This document shows, piece after piece, positions 55,368 to 64,000 of a stretch of 64,000 nucleotides of DNA (its first letter is position 1; each line of letters begins with the position of its first letter). The stretch covers positions 316,014,001 through 316,078,000 of the forward strand of contig OZ024742.1 in NCBI GenBank assembly GCA_964016885.1. The letters run 5' to 3'. This DNA comes from Eledone cirrhosa (Eukaryota). The notes below the pieces were generated by a model. It had not been told where the DNA came from. It did not search any database and was given only the letters and a program-made list of their open reading frames with translations. Position numbers and translations under genes: made by a program.

Positions 55368-55661
55368 GGACCGGGCGATGCGTTATGTCCTTGAGCAAGA
55401 AGACACGTAGCTCCTTCTATCTCGAGTTGCAACCGATAGGTAGTATTAGCAACTGGAAAGACCAATGGAAGCATTGTTTCCTCTGTCCGATTTGGCGAAA
55501 GTAGATCGACTGTCGATATATATATATACATGTGTGTGTGTGTGTCAAATAATGGGAGTTAAGATGCGGTTATTTCCTCATGAAGTTACGACGTAACAAC
55601 CACGTATAAGCAACTTATCTTCTGCAATACACACTCACACACACGTACACACGTACACACG

Positions 55662-55709
<48 letters not shown>

Positions 55710-56439
55710 CAGGCTGTCGCCAAAAAATGTATACACAGTTTGATTACCTGTACAGGCAATATTTATTAGAATTCTGTTGTAGTGTGTATACATTATTTGC
55801 AACACCATGTTTATATATATATAAACCGTGTACTTCAACATAATCACGAATATAAAAATAAAGATAAATAAGGAATGTATGATAAAAGAGAGCAAGTGAA
55901 AACATTATACAACTTGCTGAGCAATGAAGCACGATATACTTGCATCTTACATCATCGTTTCACAGAACTAGAATTGTAGAAATTCCATTGCTGTCTGAGA
56001 TAAGAAGAAGAATGCAATGAATAATAATAATAAAAAAAAGAAACAAAAGAAAACAAGAAAATAACAAATAACAACAAACAAAGAATATTTCCGAAAAAAA
56101 AAATAAATAAAAACAGCGAATAAAAACACACGCCATCCTAAATATTAAGTGAAACTGAATATTTGTCTTTAGTTTTAAGACATTCATTTTGACATTAAAA
56201 CAGTCAGACTTTCTCACATTAGTACACAAGCACAGTAACTACACAAACTACTCGTACTAAAACAAACGATATACCTATTCGGTTATGTATGATAAACGAT
56301 ATACCTATTCGGTTATGTATTCGTATATATATGTATGCATGTTTGTATGTTTGTATGTATATATGTATGTGTGTATATGTATGTATATGAGTGTGTGTGT
56401 ATATGTGCCTATATTCATATATATATATATATATATATA

Positions 56440-57328
56440 GCGGCGGTGAATTAGTTTTGCGAGGTTTTTTTATATGAAATCGTGTGTCGAAACAAATATT
56501 GTTATACTTGGGGAGGGTTATATTTGTGTAATATTGCCAGAATTAATAACAGAACACACTCACTGTTTGGTTCGTTTTCGCTTCTCGCTTCTGTGTCTTT
56601 TATATCGGTAATCTAACTTACTCGGTCCTCAATGTTGCCATTGACTGACCGACGGTCAAAAATAATACAGATACAATATAGACACAAACACATATATAGT
56701 TTATCATAAATCTTTCGTTGCACATCTGCAACATCGTCAGTGGTGTTATATCTTCCTCCTGTTGTATTGTATGTCTACGCCATTTTTATTCAGTCTGTCT
56801 ATATATTTATTTATTTATTTGCTTGTTTGTTTATTTTATTTTGTCTTCTTTGCGCATGCGTTTGCGTGTGTGTATAGTGTTTTGTTGACTAGTGTGTGTT
56901 TATGTGCTTGTTGTTATTGTGCTTGTGTATGTATTTATTTATTTATTTAATTTTATTTACTTATTTATACTTCTCTTAGGTCAGTGTTGTTTGTTTGGGT
57001 GTTGTTGTTATTCCATTCATTCTTTCTGTTTAGCCTTGGTCTTCTAATTTCTATTTCAATGGCCTCTCTGATTTGCCTATCTGCTGGGTCATTTCTATGT
57101 TTAGATATTATTCTAATTTCTATGTTGTCTATGTTACCGTCATGTTGTTGTCTAGCATGTTCGTATAGTACTGACCCGTTTTTTCGCCCTTTTAGTTCCC
57201 CCCAGTGTTGGTCTATCCTTTCACCTATGCTACGAGCTGTCTCACCTATGTATGTTGTTGTCATGTTTCTGCAAGTACCCTCTGTACATCTTATGCTATA
57301 GACTACGTTTATATAGACTACGTTATAT
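56440..57328 (-). mobile_element. 5'-truncated Penelope-like element (GIY-YIG + pLTR with hammerhead at 56703-56744)
   Basis: CA-CTGACGA-t-GTTGCA-gatg-TGCAAC-GAAA-GATTTA-TG lies ~220 nt 3' of the GIY-YIG stop; related to 12982-13480. Confidence 0.8.
56965..57312 (-). pseudogene. GIY-YIG endonuclease domain, Penelope-type
   Basis: NVVYSIRC...C...YIGETARSIGERIDQH..SVLYEH...H..RQIREAIEI...P.LN. Confidence 0.9.
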
Positions 57329-57333
57329 ATAAA

Positions 57334-57615
57334 TAAAAAAAGATAAAATCGAAAATGCAACTGGAGTCTTATTTTTAAATAATATATATATTTATTTGGT
57401 TCCTTTACCGGTTTCGCAGTTCTTCTGCTTTTCAAAAGTAGAGTTGAGATGGAGGGTCTGTGGTTTTTCAAACCTCCATATATATATATTTTTCAATATA
57501 TATATTTTTTTAAAATAAGACTTCAGTTGCATTTTCGATTTCATCTTTTTTTCTTTATACTTTCACTCGTGTAGGACACCTCGGTTATTTTTCATTTTGT
57601 AAAAAAATCTCACTG

Positions 57616-57620
<5 letters not shown>
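57334..57620. mobile_element. Fold-back short element with decayed hammerhead
   Basis: Arms ~57334-57390 / 57497-57552; minus strand CTT-TTGAAAA-GCAG-aagaa-CTGC-GAAA-CCGG-TA|AAG at 57403-57439. Confidence 0.65.
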
Positions 57621-57702
<82 letters not shown>

Positions 57703-57704
<2 letters not shown>

Positions 57705-57995
57705 CAAAAGGGATATTTAATTTGTTGGTAATTCAACAAATATAAATGTTTATAACTGATTCAAAGCACTCGACAAGTTTTCTGGAGTATAATATTCAAT
57801 GATATTAAATAAATGGAAACTATCCAGGAAAAACTTGAACCATTAAGATCTTCTTTGTGGTTATGTCAATATTTATAAAACAAACTTTGTATTTTATCTG
57901 ATGAGAGCGTACCAAAGTTTTGGTACCCTTGACATATATATAATAGAATAAATATGGTTTTATAAATATAGTTTCCATTTATTTAATATCATTGT
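57703..57995. mobile_element. Inverted short element (family of 21183-21727); hammerhead with GAAA>GACA
   Basis: CTGATGA(57898)-gagcGTACCAAAgtTTTGGTACcctt-GACA-TATATATA-ATAGAATA. Confidence 0.7.
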
Positions 57996-57996
57996 G

Positions 57997-58035
<39 letters not shown>

Positions 58036-58487
58036 AAATGGGGAGAAGAATACTGCAGGTTGAACATGGATAACATGTTATAAAATGAGTCCCTCATCAG
58101 TGATTTGCCAACGATCATAGATATTTCATTGCATTAAAAATCATATACCTCACGTTGGTGCAATAATAACTAAATTAAGTTATTAGGACAATTAAAACTC
58201 GTAAAGCGAGTGAGACAAGTAAACAACAAAGAAGAAAGCTAACCGTAGATAGGAAGAGACACAAGCTACATAGTTATTCTATCAGTATAAGCTGGGTGAA
58301 TATATGAGCGAGTAGAAATTAGACCTTTCGAGATGAATCCAATGTAAGAAAGAAGGAAATTGTTTTCGTCGCGAACGGGGTGAAGTGAGAAGGGGAGAAA
58401 CAGTGAGTGAGTGAGTGGAAGTGTGAGGAAGAGGTCAGTAGAGAGAAAGTGTTAACTGACATGACAGAGGGGACGAAAGAAAGTAAG

Positions 58488-58545
<58 letters not shown>

Positions 58546-59285
58546 GTATATATATATATGTATAGAAGGATTTAAATGGATACAGTTCAGTAAAAGGAAT
58601 TTATTGACACGTGTTTCAATAACAGTTATATAACCTGAAAAACAGCTGCTATCTACAAAGTATTAATTATGCAGACACTCAATATTTCAATGTTATTTTC
58701 AACTACCATTTCATCAGAATAATATCATTGAGAACTTGTTTGGTTTTTATAGAGAATATTAAGAGGGAGGAATGAAGTTGTTAGAAGAATAGTTAAGGGA
58801 GTGGATAGAAATTTTTGATAGCAGTGGGTAATTAGATTCCCATCTGTTATTTTGTTAGTTGAGTTTGACATTTTTATAGAATATTCATTATTTGGCGTTC
58901 GCTGTATTGGTTATTTTTCTAAAGATATGCATGGTTGGTTTTGTGTTTGCACTTAATTCACATACAGACTTAAATTTTTCTTTCAAGTGTACGTATCCCA
59001 CACATAAATATATGCGTATATATACTTTTTTTTTATTTAAAAAAAAAAAACATACACATTCACACACTTACATATATGTACACCTCTATAAATACATACA
59101 CTCACATACACATACTTACATGCTCATACTTACATACATATATACCTGTACACACATATATATATATATATACATATATATATGTGTACATACATACGCA
59201 TTCGTGTATATACACTTTCATACTCTACTTATCTTCATATACACACATATAGACACACACATATATACATACATACTCTTTGTCC

Positions 59286-59324
<39 letters not shown>

Positions 59325-59913
59325 CACATATACATGAATACACATACATTTAATTATACATATCAAACATATATATATATATACACTCACCCACTTATTT
59401 ACTTATTTATATACATTTTCACATATATACATTCATATGGTCGCTTTTAGACACATTCATTATAGCATATTCGCACCTATTCTCGCCAGCATATTTATCC
59501 ATTATTAGTGTGATAATTTAAGGTTATTAATAGTACATATTTATGTTGAGAAGAGATTGTTTTATATTTTTCTAACTAGATTGAGGATTTGTATAGTTGG
59601 GAGGATGTCCCTCGTTTATGTAATATTCAGCTTGTAGTGGGAAAAAACGAAGGTGAAAATGTCGATTACTTTCAGGGTTTGTTTTTTTTTACAATTTTTG
59701 CGCTCACATGTGCAGAAGAAGAATTAAAAGGGCCTTTATCTTAACCGCGGCATAATGGCGAGTCTTTTGTGACAGTTTTCAAGAATATAGGACGTTCCTG
59801 TAAACAGTTTTCCCATGTGTAACTTTGCCTTGTTTTTTTGCGCAAAGTCGAGCCCCGCTTCAGTTTTATTGATTTTTTACATCAATGCGTGATCTCTGAA
59901 GTAGATTTGAGTA

Positions 59914-60157
59914 GCTAAAAACCTGTCCCGGTAAATTTGCTATAGGTGAAAAAAAGTTGATCAAAATTGTATCTAGGGTTATTGCCCTTTGCCACAGCCT
60001 CAAGCCTCGTCTGACGGGATGTTGGTAATTCCTCCGTCAGCGCTTGTTGGCGACGAAGGCGAACATCAGCAAGCCTTGCCGTACGTGATGTTGGTGACTC
60101 AACCAGCCGGGAAAGACGTCTATCAGCGAGTCGAGATTCGCGCTCAGCAGGTGTTTC
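59914..60157 (-). pseudogene. STPR-like 23-aa repeat exon, probably Helitron-derived
   Basis: After acceptor TTCTCTCTAG: ETPAERESRLADRRLSRLV-ESPTSRTARLADVRLRRQQALTE-ELPTSRQTRLEA; Helitron-type 5' end on the same strand at ~61200-61420. Confidence 0.5.
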
Positions 60158-61440
60158 CTAGAGAGAATTAATTAATTCTACTGGTTAGCTAAGCCAATGG
60201 CAGTGTCAATAGTAAATGAGAAAAGTCTAACATGAACAAAAGGGAATCAAGGTAAGACAATAAATTTAATATAACTACGATTAGAATGTTGTAGTTGCTT
60301 AAAAGTGGTGACAGGATAAACGCAGTACTTGCTAACATTAAGGGAAAATATTGCATAAAGGATTAATCAATTGTGAGAACGCCTAATTCGTTGTCTGAAA
60401 GCAGTAGCTGTACCTTGTTTGGAGGTAAGTCTTGAACGTTTCCGTGTGGGCATAACGACGTGTTAGGTTAGAGAGAGGTGATTAAATACAGAGAGAGATG
60501 ACACTAGATTCGTGAGCATGGTTACTGGTGAATAGGAAGGTTTGGAAATATGATTACAATAACTTACCGAATTTTCCGGTCTATAAATTGCACTTAAAAT
60601 AATTTAATTTAATAAAAAAACTTTATACTCCGGTGAGCCTTATTGGCTGTCAGTGTCTATCTGCATGCAGGTGTGCACGTGTGCGCAATTGATTGCAAAT
60701 ACGCTCATAACATTTAGTCGTAAGCAGAACAAAAAATACCATTAGAGGTGGGCTAATAATGAAGACACAAACCCTGGTGAACTTACGTTTAAACACCCGA
60801 AAAGTTACTCACTTCCTGTGCAAAAGACTATTATAAATTAAGTAATTTTTTAGAATCTTTTGTTTTAAAAAGGTACGTAACATTTTTTACAACTTTGTAT
60901 GTGTACAATACAACTTGGTCAACGTATTATTTAGTAATTTTTTTTTCAAAAAAGCATGATTAATTAAGACTGTTTGAAAATTTACTCACAGCTTTTAGCA
61001 TCACAAAAGACACCATTAAATTTGGTTCCCTTTTCAGATAGGGATAATACTGTATTTCCACTTGAATAAGGTGGAATATGAAAAGATAAACTCTTTAATG
61101 GTCGGTCGTTTACTGAGACAGCTGGGAAGACATGCAGCTGGCCGTCCAATCAATAACGCACGTCCTTATATGGGCATATGAAATTTATTTTTATTGCGCC
61201 AGATGTAATCTAAGAGTTCTTGTGTTCGAATTCACATAAAATTTCATTGGAATCGAAAAACATTCTGTCATAGGGCCCGATTATCGATTTTTCGAAAATT
61301 TCAAGTAGCCTATTCCACTCTACGCGTTGAGTTTTATATATGTGTGAGGTTTCATGAAAATTGGTTGAACGGTGTAGCATGCAAGTTGGGAACACCAAAC
61401 AATGTCCATCTTCCCTTTATATATATATATATATATATTC

Positions 61441-61477
<37 letters not shown>

Positions 61478-61483
61478 CGTTTA

Positions 61484-61518
<35 letters not shown>

Positions 61519-61524
61519 CGTTTA

Positions 61525-62220
<696 letters not shown>

Positions 62221-62372
62221 AATAGGTAATGTAACGTCCAGTTACTGTAGGTTCACCAGCTGCGTAGTTTCCAGTCGGTATAGAGATGTATAAGTCAGCC
62301 CATATAGTTAGTATAGCAACTATCTTTTTTATTCATTCATCTATTTATCTATATTCACTTCATACACCTGCC

Positions 62373-62745
62373 AAAATTAGAATTGGTGCTCTGAAATAGC
62401 GATTTTAATTAAGCATACAGTGTATTTTGCAAAATACGCTATATATACATTCATATATATATCGCTATTTCAGAGCACCAATTCTAATTTTCAATTTCTG
62501 TCTGACCGGCAACCGCTCTGTATAATCAGTTCCTGATTATTACTAGAATTCTATAAGAATCAAACATTCATGATTTTTAGCAAACAGGTGGAGTACTTGG
62601 CTTTGATAAGTACCAATCAGTACGAAACAGAGCTCTGTCAGCTTTATCTCCCCTGTTTGCTGAAAATTTAAAGTAAGTGAGACTGTCACTACTCATAAGG
62701 TCTTCGAAATGCTTTTAATTAAGCATACAGTGTATTGCAAAATAC
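62373..62745. mobile_element. Rearranged short element with decayed hammerhead
   Basis: Inverted repeat 62373-62403 / 62461-62490; GCT-TTGATAA-GTAC-caatca-GTAC-GAAA-CAGAGCTCTG-TC|AGC at 62600-62642. Confidence 0.6.
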
Positions 62746-62865
62746 ATATATATACATATATATATATACTATTTTTTTCCTTCCTTTTAATCCCCCCCCC
62801 CCTTTTAATGTCTTTCCACCACTCCTCCTAACACCCTCGGAAATCTTTTCCTTCCCACCTTTCTC

Positions 62866-62893
62866 CTGATGAAGGGCTTATGCCAGAAACGTC
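62866..62893 (+). ncRNA. Minimal hammerhead core, stem I eroded
   Basis: CTGATGA-ag-GGC-ttat-GCC-a-GAAACGTC. Confidence 0.5.
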
Positions 62894-63653
62894 GTCCCCC
62901 ACGCCCCACTCTCAAGCGTGAACCTAATACCAACACTGTTCGTACTGCCCTCTTTGTTATTGCTTTTGTTTTTTTGTTTTTTTACTATGTATATAAATAT
63001 AAATATATATATATATTTATACATACACACATGTATATATATATATATATATTATATACATACATACATATATGTATGTGTATATATATTTATATTTTTA
63101 TATATATACACATATATGTATGTATGTTTATATATATATATATACATATATTCCCCATCACTTCGCTTATGTAACCAATCTCCTTGAGAAACTATATCAG
63201 CATTACCTAACATTATTTAACCTTCTGCTGCTTGAATTCTACTTCAATAATATCTTAATAAAGACGCTAATTACGAGAATATAATATCTATACAGCCAAT
63301 CTAGTCAGGGTAAATTATATCTTGCCCGTTTCTATATCAAACAGAAGTATTGTGTCTGTTTGTAACTTACATCAGTGGTTCAGGATATATTTATTACAAT
63401 GAAAATTAGTTTACATAATATAGCGATATGTTTATTTGAGACTCAGCTTTTACACCAAAGTCATTAGTATAATGTATAAATTAGAAGGGTATGTAAGTAG
63501 CGCTTTATACATACAAATTATATATATACGTCTGTGCGTAAATATGTACATATATATGTATATATTTGTATATATATATATGTATATATGTATATATGTG
63601 TATATATCCTATTTATGTGGGTATGTACGTATTGCTTTATATATGTATGTATG

Positions 63654-63688
<35 letters not shown>

Positions 63689-63701
63689 GTATGTCAGGTC
63701 A

Positions 63702-64000
63702 CCACTTGGTGCTACTGGTAACATGTATCCCAGTACAACCTGTCTCATGGTCGGGTCGTTGGCGACTAAACTGGCAACCCCACCATGGTTTCTTGGTGAG
63801 GAGGGTGACTTTGGACATCCTGCAGGACTAAAAACAAAACCTGTCAAAGGGCAAAGGAGCTCTTAAGAGTCAATGGCCATCCAAAATCACTGGGAGAGAT
63901 GACCCCTTAGCCTTTGTCAAGGCAGAATTCTAGGAGAAGGAAAACTCTGATATAACACCTGCAACCCTGATGGTATCCAATGATGTTGACTTGTTCTTCT
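63702..64000 (+). mobile_element. RTE-related non-coding element, 5' part (runs off the window)
   Basis: Reverse complement of ~18853-19144. Confidence 0.75.

Noticed and set aside
55710-55745. Mariner-like TIR start TACAGGCTGTCGCCAAAAAATGTATACAC, and a pogo-like start at ~60565
   Set aside because: Partner TIR not found, so element limits are unsupported
63708-63785. Possible HDV-like ribozyme at the 5' end of the RTE-related element
   Set aside because: Hairpins and a CTAA are present, but a complete nested double pseudoknot could not be assembled by eye

Overview
AT-rich, microsatellite-dense eukaryotic intergenic/intronic DNA. The SINE families and repeat landscape suggest a coleoid cephalopod such as Octopus (inference). 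No intact host gene is visible. Most ORF-track entries are translations of (TA)n/(CA)n/(TATC)n repeats. Recognisable content: a near-complete Penelope-like element (RT + GIY-YIG, 42421-47341) and two further GIY-YIG 3' fragments; a full-length but disabled Tx1/L1-clade LINE plus two truncated relatives stacked in a (TATC)n array; a CRE-like RT-RLE fragment; a Chapaev3 transposon; Tigger, mariner, hAT and Helitron relics; about 20 tRNA-derived Deu/Nin-type SINEs; a tRNA-Leu pseudogene; and a probable decayed LRR gene. The most striking signal, unexplained by the ORF track, is about 20 type-I hammerhead ribozyme motifs with intact cores, plus several decayed ones. They belong to roughly a dozen unrelated short non-coding elements embedded in (TA)n tracts. 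About 11 of these elements form fold-back palindromes, and in several the apex lies on the ribozyme core or stem II. All coordinates were read by eye and may be off by a few bases.
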